Source: Patescibacteria group bacterium
GTDB lineage: Bacteria; Patescibacteriota; Patescibacteriia; JAHJFT01
Assembly (NCBI GenBank): GCA_028710985.1
Contig: JAQTTB010000001.1
Location: forward strand, 655,073-719,072
Direction of reading: 5' to 3'
DNA: 64,000 nt
Position 1 is the stretch's first letter, and each line of letters opens with the position of its first letter. Position numbers and translations under genes: made by a program. The notes under the pieces are model-generated. The model had not been told where the DNA came from and did no database searches. It saw only the letters and a program-made list of their open reading frames with translations. Below are positions 1 to 9,343 of this stretch, piece after piece.

Positions 1-2
1 TT

Positions 3-1910
3 TTGTTCTTGAATTGGGCGAGTATTAACAAGAAAGACAATTTATACGTACGTGCAAATGAACGGGATAATAATCTTTCAAGCGTTATTGCTCGCACAAA
101 GGACGAGAGTAGGATAATTTTTCTCGTGATTGATGAGAGCCATCACACCGCGAATAGCGAGAAATCAAAAGAACTCATCCAGGATATTGGACCGAAAATT
201 ACGATTGAAGTTTCGGCTACGCCACAACTCAATAATGCGAACAGGATAGTGGAAGTGGAACTCAAGGACGTGAAAGACGAGGAGATGATCAAGAAAGAAA
301 TTATCATTAATCCGGGTTTTGAAAATTATATTATTGATAAGAAGAAAAGCGATAAAACGGCGGATGAGCTCGTGCTAGAAAGTGCGCTCAAGAAACGCAT
401 TGAATTGCACAAGAAACTAGAAGCCGAGGGATCGGGCGTGAATCCGCTTTTACTCATTCAATTACCGGACGCCATGCAGGGAGTTTCGGACAAAAAAGAC
501 GAAATTATCGCCCTACTCAAGAAATTTGGATATACGACAGAAAACGGACGGCTCGCGATTTATCTTTCCGACAAAGATAACAAAATAAACTTAACGAATA
601 TAGAAAAAAATGAAAACGAAGTGGATGTGATGATATTCAAACAAGCAATCGCGCTCGGTTGGGATTGTCCGCGCGCCACAATTTTGGTTCTATTCAGGCA
701 ATGGCGTGAAGAAAATATTACCTTTTCTATCCAAACGCTTGGTCGTATTATGCGCATGCCGGAACAGAAACATTACAACGATCAGGATTTGAATGTTGGT
801 TATGTATTTACGAGTTTGCAGGATATTAATGTTGCAGAAGATTTGTCTCGTGATTATATTACAACTTTCACGGGGTTTAGAATTAAAAATTATAAAAATC
901 TTAACTTGTTATCTTATCACTCAAAACGTTTCCGTGAGGAGACGCGCCTTTCTTCCGACTTTACCCCGCTTTTCATCGAAGCGGGAAAGAAGCTGAATGT
1001 CAAAGAAAAATTTTCATTCAAACATAGTATTTTAAAAACGAGCTTGATTGCAAGCGGTCGTATTACTGATGCCGACAAGGAGGCGAAAAGCATCGAGAAA
1101 AAAGGAACCCTTGATATTCCTAAAAATGAGGTTGAATTACAAAATGCCTTTGATATGTTCGCACATAATAATCTTGCGCCATTCGCACCGGAACAGCGCT
1201 CGATAGGCCGTATTAAAAGCTCAATATACGCATTGTTTGAAGCAACACGAAACGAGGATGAATGGCCAAAGATTCAAGCCGCCGTTTTAGCGGAGGAAAA
1301 TCGCCAGGTTATGATCGATATTATTAACCTTGCAAAAGAGATGTATCAAGAGGAAGTTGGAAAAGGTAAAAATGAATTGATAAAAAATGAGGAGTCCTGG
1401 AATGTGCCGAAAGTAATAAATTATACCCTCTCTTTTGCGAAGAAAGATTACAAAAAGTCAGTAATACAGCCGTACTATGCGAAAAAAACCGGCGTCGGAA
1501 CAGCGAGTTTATTTGAAGAAGACAGTGAAATCGAAGTTGATTTCATTGACTATTTGGAAAAATCAAAAGCAGTCGGATGGTGGTTTAAGAATGGAAAAAG
1601 CGATACGACATATTTCGCTGTGCCACATGTTGAGCACGGAGTTGAGAAACCATTCTATGTCGATTTTGTGGTAATGCAAAAAGATGGTCGCGTCGGTTTG
1701 TTCGATACAAAGGGTGGAATTACTGCTGAAACAGCGAAATCGCGTGCCGAGGGATTGGCGAAATATATCGTTGAACAAAACAAGAAGGGCAAGAAATTAT
1801 ATGGCGGAATCGTATTGAAAGAAAAAAATAGTTGGCGTTATCACGATGGACTAAAATACGAATACAATCCAAACGATTTAAAAGATTGGAAGTTTTTAGA
1901 TTTAAAATAA
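3..1910 (+). CDS. 5'-truncated helicase-nuclease, type III restriction Res-like (DEAD/DEAH family); start lies outside the window
   Basis: Motif II-like VIDESHH, motif VI-like QTLGRIMRMP, and a C-terminal PD-(D/E)xK-like motif (YVDFVV ... GLFDTKGG). The ORF is open to the window edge. Confidence 0.5.
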   Translation: MFLNWASINKKDNLYVRANERDNNLSSVIARTKDESRIIFLVIDESHHTANSEKSKELIQDIGPKITIEVSATPQLNNANRIVEVELKDVKDEEMIKKEIIINPGFENYIIDKKKSDKTADELVLESALKKRIELHKKLEAEGSGVNPLLLIQLPDAMQGVSDKKDEIIALLKKFGYTTENGRLAIYLSDKDNKINLTNIEKNENEVDVMIFKQAIALGWDCPRATILVLFRQWREENITFSIQTLGRIMRMPEQKHYNDQDLNVGYVFTSLQDINVAEDLSRDYITTFTGFRIKNYKNLNLLSYHSKRFREETRLSSDFTPLFIEAGKKLNVKEKFSFKHSILKTSLIASGRITDADKEAKSIEKKGTLDIPKNEVELQNAFDMFAHNNLAPFAPEQRSIGRIKSSIYALFEATRNEDEWPKIQAAVLAEENRQVMIDIINLAKEMYQEEVGKGKNELIKNEESWNVPKVINYTLSFAKKDYKKSVIQPYYAKKTGVGTASLFEEDSEIEVDFIDYLEKSKAVGWWFKNGKSDTTYFAVPHVEHGVEKPFYVDFVVMQKDGRVGLFDTKGGITAETAKSRAEGLAKYIVEQNKKGKKLYGGIVLKEKNSWRYHDGLKYEYNPNDLKDWKFLDLK

Positions 1911-1912
1911 TT

Positions 1913-2203
1913 ATGACCATCTCTCTAACCGAAATTAAACACTTGGAAGACCTCGCGCGCATTGAGCTTTCTGACAAAGAGCGCAAACTTTATTCCGAAC
2001 AGCTTTCGTCGATTTTGGATTATGTTAACAAATTGCAGGAAGTTGATGTCGCGGGCGTTGAAGCAACCGCGCACGCGAGCGAATCGGAAAATGTCTGGCG
2101 GGAGGACGGGGTTATCGCTTGTCCCAAGGAAGAGCGGGAGCGGATCCTCAAGAACGCGCCCGAGCGCTCGGACGATTTATTCAAAGTAAAATCGGTTTTT
2201 TAG
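1913..2203 (+). CDS. gatC: Asp/Glu-tRNA amidotransferase subunit C
   Basis: The 96-aa product (MTISLTEIKHLEDLARIELSDKE ... SEQLSSILDYVNKL) matches GatC length and sequence pattern and sits immediately upstream of gatA. The ATG at 1913 was chosen over the longer tracked ORF. Confidence 0.85.
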   Translation: MTISLTEIKHLEDLARIELSDKERKLYSEQLSSILDYVNKLQEVDVAGVEATAHASESENVWREDGVIACPKEERERILKNAPERSDDLFKVKSVF

Positions 2204-2204
2204 T

Positions 2205-3635
2205 ATGGAGCCCTGCGAGTTAAATATCCAGGAGGCCCACGCGCGCCTCAAATCCAAAGAATTGAGCGCCGCCGAGCTGACTGATTCCTGCCTCAAAGCG
2301 ATCAAGAAAAAAGACGGAAAAATTTCCGCGTTTCTTGAGGTTTATGAAAAAGAGGCAAAAGAGCGCGCCCGTGAAATTGACGAAAAAATTGCGCGGACCG
2401 GAGAAGTCGGGCCGCTCGAGGGCATTCCAATCGCCATCAAGGACAACATGATGTACACCGGCCATGTTTCTTCCGCCGGTTCAAAAATCCTGGAAAAATA
2501 CCAGGCAACTTATACTGCCACCGCGGTGGAGCGTCTCATCGACGCCGGCGCCGTTATCATCGGCCGGACTAATATGGATGAGTTTGCCATGGGTTCGTCA
2601 ACCGAAAATTCGGCCTACGGACCGACCAAAAATCCCCATGATTTAAAACGCGTGCCCGGCGGATCGTCCGGCGGCTCGGCCGCCGCGGTCAGCGCCAACA
2701 TGTGCCTCGCGGCGCTTGGCTCGGATACCGGCGGTTCAATCCGCGAGCCGGCGGCTTTTTGCGGCGTGGTTGGTCTAAAGCCAACCTATGGCCGTGTTTC
2801 GCGCTCCGGCCTGATTGCCATGGCCTCAAGCCTGGATCAGATCGGCCCGCTTGCCAAGACCGCGCAGGACGCGTCCTGGGCGGCGCGCGCCATCGCCGGC
2901 ATTGATGCCAAAGATTCCACGAGTGTGAATGCCGAACCCATACCCGCCGAATTCCCGGACAATATCAAGGGAATAAAAATCGGCGTGCCGGCCGAATTTT
3001 TCGGCAAAGGGCTGGACTCCGGAGTCGAGAAAGCCGTGCGCCAAGCCATTGCGAAGCTCGAGAAACTCGGCGCCAAGATTATTGACATTAAACTGCCGTA
3101 CACTGAATATGGGCTCGCGGTATATTATATAATCATGCCGTGCGAAGTGAGTTCCAATCTCGCGCGCTTTGACGGCATGCGCTACGGCAAAAGAGAGGCT
3201 GGCAAGAATCTTGCCGAAGTTTATAAAATTACCCGCGGAAAAAATCTCGGTCCCGAGGTGCGCCGCCGCGTCATGCTCGGAACGTACGCACTATCGGCCG
3301 GATATTATGACGCTTATTATACCCGCGCCCAGAAAGTCCGCACACTCATCCGCAATGATTTTAAGGAAGCGTTCAAGAAAGTGGACTGCATCGTCGGCCC
3401 GACCGCGCCGACCGCGGCATTCAAGCTCGGTGAAAAATTCAATGATCCGCTCACTATGTATCTTTCCGACATTTACACCGTCACCGCCAATGTCGCCGGC
3501 GTTCCGGCAATTTCTATTCCCTGCGGCCTGGCGGATAAACTGCCGGTTGGCCTGCAAATTATGGGCAATCATTTTGATGAAAAAACAATTCTGCGCGTCG
3601 CGAATGCGTACGAGCTTGTAGGAAGTAGCTTGTAG
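2205..3635 (+). CDS. gatA: Glu-tRNA(Gln) amidotransferase subunit A (amidase signature family)
   Basis: Amidase signature GGSSGGSAAAV with a Ser-cisSer-Lys context. Length is 476 aa and the gene follows gatC. Confidence 0.9.
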   Translation: MEPCELNIQEAHARLKSKELSAAELTDSCLKAIKKKDGKISAFLEVYEKEAKERAREIDEKIARTGEVGPLEGIPIAIKDNMMYTGHVSSAGSKILEKYQATYTATAVERLIDAGAVIIGRTNMDEFAMGSSTENSAYGPTKNPHDLKRVPGGSSGGSAAAVSANMCLAALGSDTGGSIREPAAFCGVVGLKPTYGRVSRSGLIAMASSLDQIGPLAKTAQDASWAARAIAGIDAKDSTSVNAEPIPAEFPDNIKGIKIGVPAEFFGKGLDSGVEKAVRQAIAKLEKLGAKIIDIKLPYTEYGLAVYYIIMPCEVSSNLARFDGMRYGKREAGKNLAEVYKITRGKNLGPEVRRRVMLGTYALSAGYYDAYYTRAQKVRTLIRNDFKEAFKKVDCIVGPTAPTAAFKLGEKFNDPLTMYLSDIYTVTANVAGVPAISIPCGLADKLPVGLQIMGNHFDEKTILRVANAYELVGSSL

Positions 3636-3667
3636 GTTGTAGGAATTAGGAAGTTAGCTTGTAGGTT

Positions 3668-4036
3668 ATGGAATCAGATATTATTAAAAGTTATCGAGAT
3701 TTGGTTGTTTGGCAGAAGTCAATGGATTTAGTAACCAAGATTTACGAATTGACTGAGCAGTTTCCGAGGTCGGAAATATTCGTTCTCACTGCGCAGATGA
3801 GACGTTGTGCTATATCGATTCCCTCAAATATCGCCGAGGGTAGAAGACGGGGTAGTCGGATTGAATTTCGACGCTTTCTAATTATCGCGTTTGGTTCCGG
3901 GGCCGAACTTGAGACCCAGCTCGAAATAGCTAAGAGATTATCTTTTGGAAAAAATTTTGACTTCAGTGCAATCGAATTATTACTCAATGAAATAATGAAG
4001 ATGCTCAATAAGATGATTGCGACATTGAGCAAGTAG
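3668..4036 (+). CDS. Four-helix-bundle protein of the 23S rRNA intervening-sequence protein family
   Basis: 122 aa with the characteristic LVVWQKS ... IPSNIAEG ... GSGAELETQL pattern. The gene is flanked by imperfect inverted repeats at 3613-3667 and 4034-4080. Confidence 0.7.
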   Translation: MESDIIKSYRDLVVWQKSMDLVTKIYELTEQFPRSEIFVLTAQMRRCAISIPSNIAEGRRRGSRIEFRRFLIIAFGSGAELETQLEIAKRLSFGKNFDFSAIELLLNEIMKMLNKMIATLSK

Positions 4037-4087
4037 GCGTATTTCCTACAAGCTGATTTCCTAACCTCCTAATTCCTAAAACCAAGC

Positions 4088-4558
4088 ATGATTACAGTTG
4101 ACTACTCATATTTCGAAAACACGTCATTAATTGAGCTCCTCATCTATTTCTTGATTGGCGCAATTATTATATTTTTTCTTGTTTGGAGTATTAATTTGCT
4201 TCGTCGTTTTCTCCGCCGACCCGAGCTTGAGGGCCTGGACCGGAAGGGGATTCAAACGCGCTGGCAAGAAATTGAATCCATGCTTGGAAAGGGAAGCGAG
4301 ATGACCGACAAGGTGGCCATTCTTGAAGCCGATAAGCTTTTAGACCACGCGCTCAAAGCCATGGCCATGCCCGGCACCACGCTCGGCGAGCGGCTCAAAG
4401 TCGCGACTTATAAATTTCCCAAGCTTCATCGCGTCTGGTGGTCGCACAAACTACGCAATCAGCTGGTGCACGAAGCGAGTTTCAGCGTCAGCCACCGTTC
4501 CGCCAAGTCGGCGATTGACGGTTTTAAAAACGCGCTCAAAGAACTTGGCGTACTTTAA
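4088..4558 (+). CDS. Hypothetical protein with an N-terminal transmembrane segment
   Basis: 156-aa ORF with one hydrophobic helix (LLIYFLIGAIIIFFLVW). No family was recognised. It is bounded by gcttgtagg-type repeats. Confidence 0.4.
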   Translation: MITVDYSYFENTSLIELLIYFLIGAIIIFFLVWSINLLRRFLRRPELEGLDRKGIQTRWQEIESMLGKGSEMTDKVAILEADKLLDHALKAMAMPGTTLGERLKVATYKFPKLHRVWWSHKLRNQLVHEASFSVSHRSAKSAIDGFKNALKELGVL

Positions 4559-4655
4559 CGAGCCTGCCTACCGGCAGGTAGGCTTGTAGCTTTTTAGCTT
4601 GTAGGAATTTTCCATTCGCAAGCTACCAGCTACAAGCTACCAGCTACAAGCTAGT

Positions 4656-5432
4656 ATGATTCCATATCTTCACCTAACAACCTTTAATCTCGGACCGATT
4701 CAATTTCAAGTCTGGGGAACGTTCGTCGCCCTGGGATTTATTGCCGCGATTTTATGCGCCTGGGTTTTTCTCAAACGCCGCGGTCTGAATCACGAAGCCG
4801 TCTGGGATATCAGTTTCGCCGGCCTTGTCGGCGCGGTCATCGGCGCCCGGCTCGGGCACGTGTTTTTTTACGAATGGCATTATTACGCCGCTCACGCGGC
4901 CGAGATATTTTACGTCTGGAAGCCGGGATATTCTTTTTTCGGCGGCTTGTTCGGAGTGATCGCCGGGTATTTGATTGTCGCCCGGATCAAGAAACTGAAT
5001 TATTTTAAATACGCGGACGCGCTGGCTTTCGCCGCGCCTCTCGGCATCGCGGTCGGGCGAATCGGGTGTTTTTTGATAAATGACCATCCGGGCATACGCA
5101 CCGCGTCGTTTCTGGGCGTTCATTATCCGCTCGGCGACCGTTTTGACCTCGGCCTCCTGGAATCCGCGGCCGCCGCGATCCTGTTCATCATTTTTATTAT
5201 GCTCGCGCGCAAAATGCGGACAACCGGTTTTTTCACCGGGCTGTTTCTTATTATGTATGGCGCAGTGCGTTTTGGCCTTGATTTTTTGCGGATCTGGGAC
5301 GGTCCGGGTGCGGAGGCGCGCTACGCGGGCCTCACACCGGCTCAATATTTTTCCATTGCAATTTTTATTATTGGAATCGCGTTGTTATTAAAACTGCGCG
5401 TAAAAAAAATAAATGTCCAAACACAAGCCTAA
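4656..5432 (+). CDS. lgt: Prolipoprotein diacylglyceryl transferase
   Basis: Lgt signature GRIGCF, multi-pass membrane topology, 258 aa. Confidence 0.85.
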   Translation: MIPYLHLTTFNLGPIQFQVWGTFVALGFIAAILCAWVFLKRRGLNHEAVWDISFAGLVGAVIGARLGHVFFYEWHYYAAHAAEIFYVWKPGYSFFGGLFGVIAGYLIVARIKKLNYFKYADALAFAAPLGIAVGRIGCFLINDHPGIRTASFLGVHYPLGDRFDLGLLESAAAAILFIIFIMLARKMRTTGFFTGLFLIMYGAVRFGLDFLRIWDGPGAEARYAGLTPAQYFSIAIFIIGIALLLKLRVKKINVQTQA

Positions 5433-6951
5433 ACTGCCGTACGTTATCGCGTTCATTACCGGCATGTGTATTATGGCGATTGAACTCACCGCGTCGCGCC
5501 TCTTGGCGCCGTATTTTGGTACATCTCTTTTTGTCTGGACTAATATTATCGCTGTCATCATGCTCGCGCTCGCGATTGGTTACTGGTTCGGCGGCCGCAT
5601 TTCCGAACGCCGTCCGGAGCTGTCGCTGTTGCTGAAGATAATTTTAACTGCCGGACTTTTTTGTTTCATTATTCCATTTGCGGTTGAGCCGCTTTCCATG
5701 GTTGTGCTTAAGGATTTTTCCGGCAGCGCCCCGGCGTCGGTTCTGATTCTCGTTGGTTCATTTTTTTCCACGCTAATTTTATTCTTCGTGCCGATTATGT
5801 TTCTGGGAATGTGCAGCCCTTTCCTGATTAAACTTGCATCGATTTTTGACCACAATATCGGCAACATCTCCGGTCGTATCTTTGCTATCTCCACGGTCGG
5901 CAGTATTGTCGGCACTTTTTTGCCGTCGATTGTATTCATCGCCTGGGTTGGATCAAAAAAGACCGTACTCATCTTTGCTGTTATCCTGATTATGACTGCC
6001 GCCTGGGGTCTGGCCCGGCGGAAGCATTATGCCTGGTTTGGATTTTTTATTTTCGTCGCCGGTCCGTTATTTGCGCCTTCGGCCCTAAGTTACGATCCGT
6101 CCATAATCTATCAAACCGAATCGGTCTACCAGTATATTCAAGTGCGGGAAAGAGAAGGGCTACGCGAATTAATCTACAATGAAGGAACCGGCACGCAATC
6201 GGCTTATCGTCTCGGGTCTGACTTGATCGGCCGGATGTATTTTGATGTTATGTCCGCCATCCCGGCATTTTTTGAGAAGGAAAATATTAAAATTTTAAAT
6301 ATCGGGCTTGCCGGCGGCACGGCTGTTCACGGCATGCTTGAGATTTTTCCGGACAAAGTATTCAATATTGACGGGGTTGAAATTGACGATAAGGTAATCC
6401 AGGTTGCGAAAAAATATTTTGACCTCGATCCAGCCAAGGTAAACATTTTCAATCTGGACGGCCGGATTTTCGCCCGAACCTCGGAAAAAAAATACGATCT
6501 GATTCTGGTCGATGCTTATTCAAACCAGCTTTACATTCCCTGGCACCTGGTAACCGATGAATTTTTCTTTGACCTGGGCAATATTCTTGAACCCCAGGGT
6601 ATTATAGCGCTTAATCTCAATGCCACATCCGAGGAATCCCGGCTTTACCGCGCCATTACCAATACCATGGCTCATAATTTCAAGTATGTTTATACCGCGC
6701 CGGTGGCCGATTCGTTCAATTACATAATTTTTTGCTCCGACGAGCCTCTGGAGTTTGACCGCCTGCTCTCGCACCCGGCCATTGTCGGCCGTCCGGATCT
6801 TTCGGAGATGATCCATTATCTTTCCCTGAATTCAAAATTAGTGAAATTCAATTCAGTCGAAGAGTTGCTCACCGACGACCGCGCTCCGGTTGAGCACATG
6901 ACCGACGCCATGTATTTTGACTATTTCACCAAGGAGCTGCATAAAAAATAA
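5413..6951 (+). CDS. Fused polytopic membrane domain plus spermidine synthase-like (class I methyltransferase fold) protein
   Basis: The N-terminal ~200 aa are strongly hydrophobic. The C-terminal part has a spermidine synthase-like GGTAVHG ... ILVDAYS pattern. Confidence 0.6.
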   Translation: MSKHKPKLPYVIAFITGMCIMAIELTASRLLAPYFGTSLFVWTNIIAVIMLALAIGYWFGGRISERRPELSLLLKIILTAGLFCFIIPFAVEPLSMVVLKDFSGSAPASVLILVGSFFSTLILFFVPIMFLGMCSPFLIKLASIFDHNIGNISGRIFAISTVGSIVGTFLPSIVFIAWVGSKKTVLIFAVILIMTAAWGLARRKHYAWFGFFIFVAGPLFAPSALSYDPSIIYQTESVYQYIQVREREGLRELIYNEGTGTQSAYRLGSDLIGRMYFDVMSAIPAFFEKENIKILNIGLAGGTAVHGMLEIFPDKVFNIDGVEIDDKVIQVAKKYFDLDPAKVNIFNLDGRIFARTSEKKYDLILVDAYSNQLYIPWHLVTDEFFFDLGNILEPQGIIALNLNATSEESRLYRAITNTMAHNFKYVYTAPVADSFNYIIFCSDEPLEFDRLLSHPAIVGRPDLSEMIHYLSLNSKLVKFNSVEELLTDDRAPVEHMTDAMYFDYFTKELHKK

Positions 6952-6959
6952 TCGGGCTT

Positions 6960-7880
6960 ATGCCAACGAATAAAAAAATCTACGATTGCGTAGTAATCGG
7001 CGGGGGACCGGCCGCCCTATCAGCGGCCATTTATCTTGCCCGTCAAAAGATGGATTTTGCATTAATCGCGTCGCAGGCCGGCGGGCAGGTCATTTTCAGC
7101 GAAGAGGTGGGGAATTATTTGGGATTTCGGACAATTTCCGGCGCCGCTCTTATAAAAAATTTCACCAATCATCTTACTGATTATAAAATCATTTTGATTG
7201 AGGGAGAAACCGTGAAACGCGTCTCCCGAAACGGCAAATCATTTATCGTCCGTACTGAAAATGATGCTTATTACTGCCGGACCGTGCTCGTTGCCACCGG
7301 CGAGAAATACCGCGAACTGAATGTTCCTGGCGAAAAAAAATATTTCGGAAAGGGAGTAACTTATTGCGCCACTTGTGATGCTCCGCTTTTTTCCGGCAAG
7401 GATGTTGTGGTGGTGGGCGGAGGCAACTCGGCCATGGAATCGGCTCTTCTTCTCGCCAAACACGCCCGGTCGGTTGCGATTCTCACTATTAATGATGCCC
7501 TCAAGGGCGAAAAACTGCTCATTGAAAGAATCAATCGCGACAGAAGTATTAGAGTAATCGCCGGCGCGAAAACCATCGGCATATTCGGCGATAAATTCGT
7601 GCGGAGTCTGCGCTACGAACAGGACGGCCGGCCGTACGACATCCCAATGCAGGGGATTTTCGTGGAGATCGGCCTGGTGCCGGCCGCTGACTTCATTGAT
7701 TTTGTTAAGAAAAATAAAAAGGGCGAAATTGTTATCAATAAGTACAATGCCGCGAGCGTCCCGGGCATCTGGGCCGCCGGCGATGTCACGGACGTTACTG
7801 TGAAACAGATTGCGGTTAGTGTGGGCGAAGGCGCCAAAGCCGCGGTTCAGATTATCGGATACATTCAAAAAAACGGATAG
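6960..7880 (+). CDS. trxB: Thioredoxin-disulfide reductase (FAD/NAD(P)-dependent)
   Basis: GGGPAA FAD-binding motif, redox-active CATCDAP, second Rossmann motif VVGGGNSA, and AAGDV near the C-terminus. Confidence 0.8.
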   Translation: MPTNKKIYDCVVIGGGPAALSAAIYLARQKMDFALIASQAGGQVIFSEEVGNYLGFRTISGAALIKNFTNHLTDYKIILIEGETVKRVSRNGKSFIVRTENDAYYCRTVLVATGEKYRELNVPGEKKYFGKGVTYCATCDAPLFSGKDVVVVGGGNSAMESALLLAKHARSVAILTINDALKGEKLLIERINRDRSIRVIAGAKTIGIFGDKFVRSLRYEQDGRPYDIPMQGIFVEIGLVPAADFIDFVKKNKKGEIVINKYNAASVPGIWAAGDVTDVTVKQIAVSVGEGAKAAVQIIGYIQKNG

Positions 7881-7943
7881 CATTGCGCTAGCCGATAAAA
7901 TGTGTTATAGTTATTTAATTAAAAAAATTAATCTATTTATTTT

Positions 7944-8690
7944 ATGGCCAAGGAGAATAAAAGTATATTTGGAGAAAATCCAACGTTATCATTTTTTCTA
8001 GGATTATTTGTCGGTCTCGCGTCATTCAGCACCATCGCGGCAATTATTCTGGTTCTGGCGATGTATTCCGGCAATCCGTTAAGTTTCGCCAAGAACGATG
8101 CGGCCGGCGATGCGGTTGCCGCTGGAGCGCAGGAGGCCGTCGCCGCCGAAGAGGACGTCGGAGTCGCCGAGGTTCCGGCAGTGGGTGAAACGGATTATGC
8201 CGTTGGTCCCGAAGACGCATCAATTACACTGATTGAATATTCGGATTTTGAATGTCCGTATTGCCTAAGTTACAAAACCACCATGGATCAGGTGCTCAAG
8301 GACTATGACGGAAAGATTCGTTTCGTTTTCCGTCATTTCCCGCTCTCATTCCATGAGAACGCGCGCGGCGCGGCCATGGCCGCCGAATGTGCCGGCGAGC
8401 AAGGCAAATTTTGGGAAATGTATGAAAAGATTTTTGACGCCAATGCTGATGGAACCATGGGAACCGATGTCTGGAAACAGGCGGCTAAGGAAATCGGGTT
8501 AAATACCGGCGATTTCAATGTCTGTCTTGATGAGAACCGTTACGACAGTAAGATAAACGAGGAAATGCAGACTGGCGCCCAAGCCGGCGTCCGCGGCACT
8601 CCGGCCACATTCATCAACGGCCAGATGGTTTCCGGAGCCCTGCCGATTGCGGATCTTGAAGCGATCTTGGACCAGATTCTGGCACAGTAG
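7944..8690 (+). CDS. DsbA-family thiol:disulfide oxidoreductase with an N-terminal membrane anchor
   Basis: CPYC active site, a thioredoxin-fold pattern and one N-terminal transmembrane helix. Confidence 0.75.
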   Translation: MAKENKSIFGENPTLSFFLGLFVGLASFSTIAAIILVLAMYSGNPLSFAKNDAAGDAVAAGAQEAVAAEEDVGVAEVPAVGETDYAVGPEDASITLIEYSDFECPYCLSYKTTMDQVLKDYDGKIRFVFRHFPLSFHENARGAAMAAECAGEQGKFWEMYEKIFDANADGTMGTDVWKQAAKEIGLNTGDFNVCLDENRYDSKINEEMQTGAQAGVRGTPATFINGQMVSGALPIADLEAILDQILAQ

Positions 8691-8756
8691 ATTGGTAATC
8701 AAAAAGCTCGTCTATACATACATGGACGGGCTTTTTTAGTCAAAGAATCGGTTAAT

Positions 8757-8830
8757 CGGTGAATCAGTGAATCGGGCTTAAATGGTCTAAGCCGGTTCCG
8801 ATCAACCGATTCACCGGTTAACCGATATCC
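8757..8830. repeat. Palindromic element of the ggtgaatc/cggtt family with no gene between its arms
   Basis: Arms atcggttaatcggtgaatc and gattcaccggttaaccgat are near-perfect reverse complements around a ~45-bp hairpin core. The same arm motif flanks the four-helix-bundle gene at 34423. Confidence 0.6.
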
Positions 8831-8847
8831 CGTGTCGCCTTGACGAT

Positions 8848-9035
8848 TTTTAACAGTTGTGATACCGTTGTTCGTGCCGCCCTATGCAACAACAACGCAT
8901 GGGCGGCCCCATGCCAAAACCGGGAGGTGTGACTTGGGGCAGAAAGTAGCGCGCGCCCCTCCGTAGGGAGGAACGAGAAGGATCGGGCAAAAAGATCAAG
9001 GTCTTAGAGTCGCTCCCTGAGCGACTCTATTTTTT
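8848..9035 (+). ncRNA. Candidate small structured RNA: putative promoter, stable hairpins and an intrinsic terminator
   Basis: TTGACG-17nt-TACCGT promoter-like site at 8848-8876. Strong hairpin gccgccctatgc-aacaacaac-gcatgggcggc. It ends with the hairpin gagtcgctccctgagcgactc plus a T-run at 9007-9035. No ORF is present. Confidence 0.3.
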
Positions 9036-9045
9036 ATGAAAAATA

Positions 9046-9074
9046 TTGAAAAATGGCCCAAAATGGGATATAAT
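9046..9074 (+). promoter_or_regulatory. Sigma70-type promoter for the glutaredoxin-like gene
   Basis: TTGAAA (9046-9051), 17-nt spacer, TATAAT (9069-9074). Confidence 0.6.
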
Positions 9075-9100
9075 CACCACATAATAAATAAGCCAAATCT

Positions 9101-9337
9101 ATGAACATTAAGGTCTTTTCCACGCCGACATGCCCTTATTGCGTTCAACTTAAAGAGTTTTTATCCAAGCATGAGCTTAAATACGATGATATTGATGTGT
9201 CCAAGGATTTGGCCGCGGCTCAGGAAATGATCGATAAGTCAGGGCAGATGGCCGTGCCGGTCGCGGAGATTGACGGTCAGATTGTCATTGGTTTTAACAA
9301 GCCTAAAATCATGGAGATTTTAGGAATGGGAGAATAA
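9101..9337 (+). CDS. Glutaredoxin-like / NrdH-like redoxin
   Basis: 78 aa with a CPYC motif near the N-terminus and a glutaredoxin fold pattern. Confidence 0.7.
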   Translation: MNIKVFSTPTCPYCVQLKEFLSKHELKYDDIDVSKDLAAAQEMIDKSGQMAVPVAEIDGQIVIGFNKPKIMEILGMGE

Positions 9338-9343
9338 AATATT

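Noticed and set aside
4561-4655. Possible CRISPR-like array, from the tandem ctaccagctacaag repeats
   Set aside because: There are only two to three short (14-bp) direct repeats with no spacers of regular length and no cas genes. It is a simple tandem repeat.
7239-7883. 214-aa minus-strand ORF
   Set aside because: It lies entirely antisense to the well-supported trxB gene and has no recognisable motifs.
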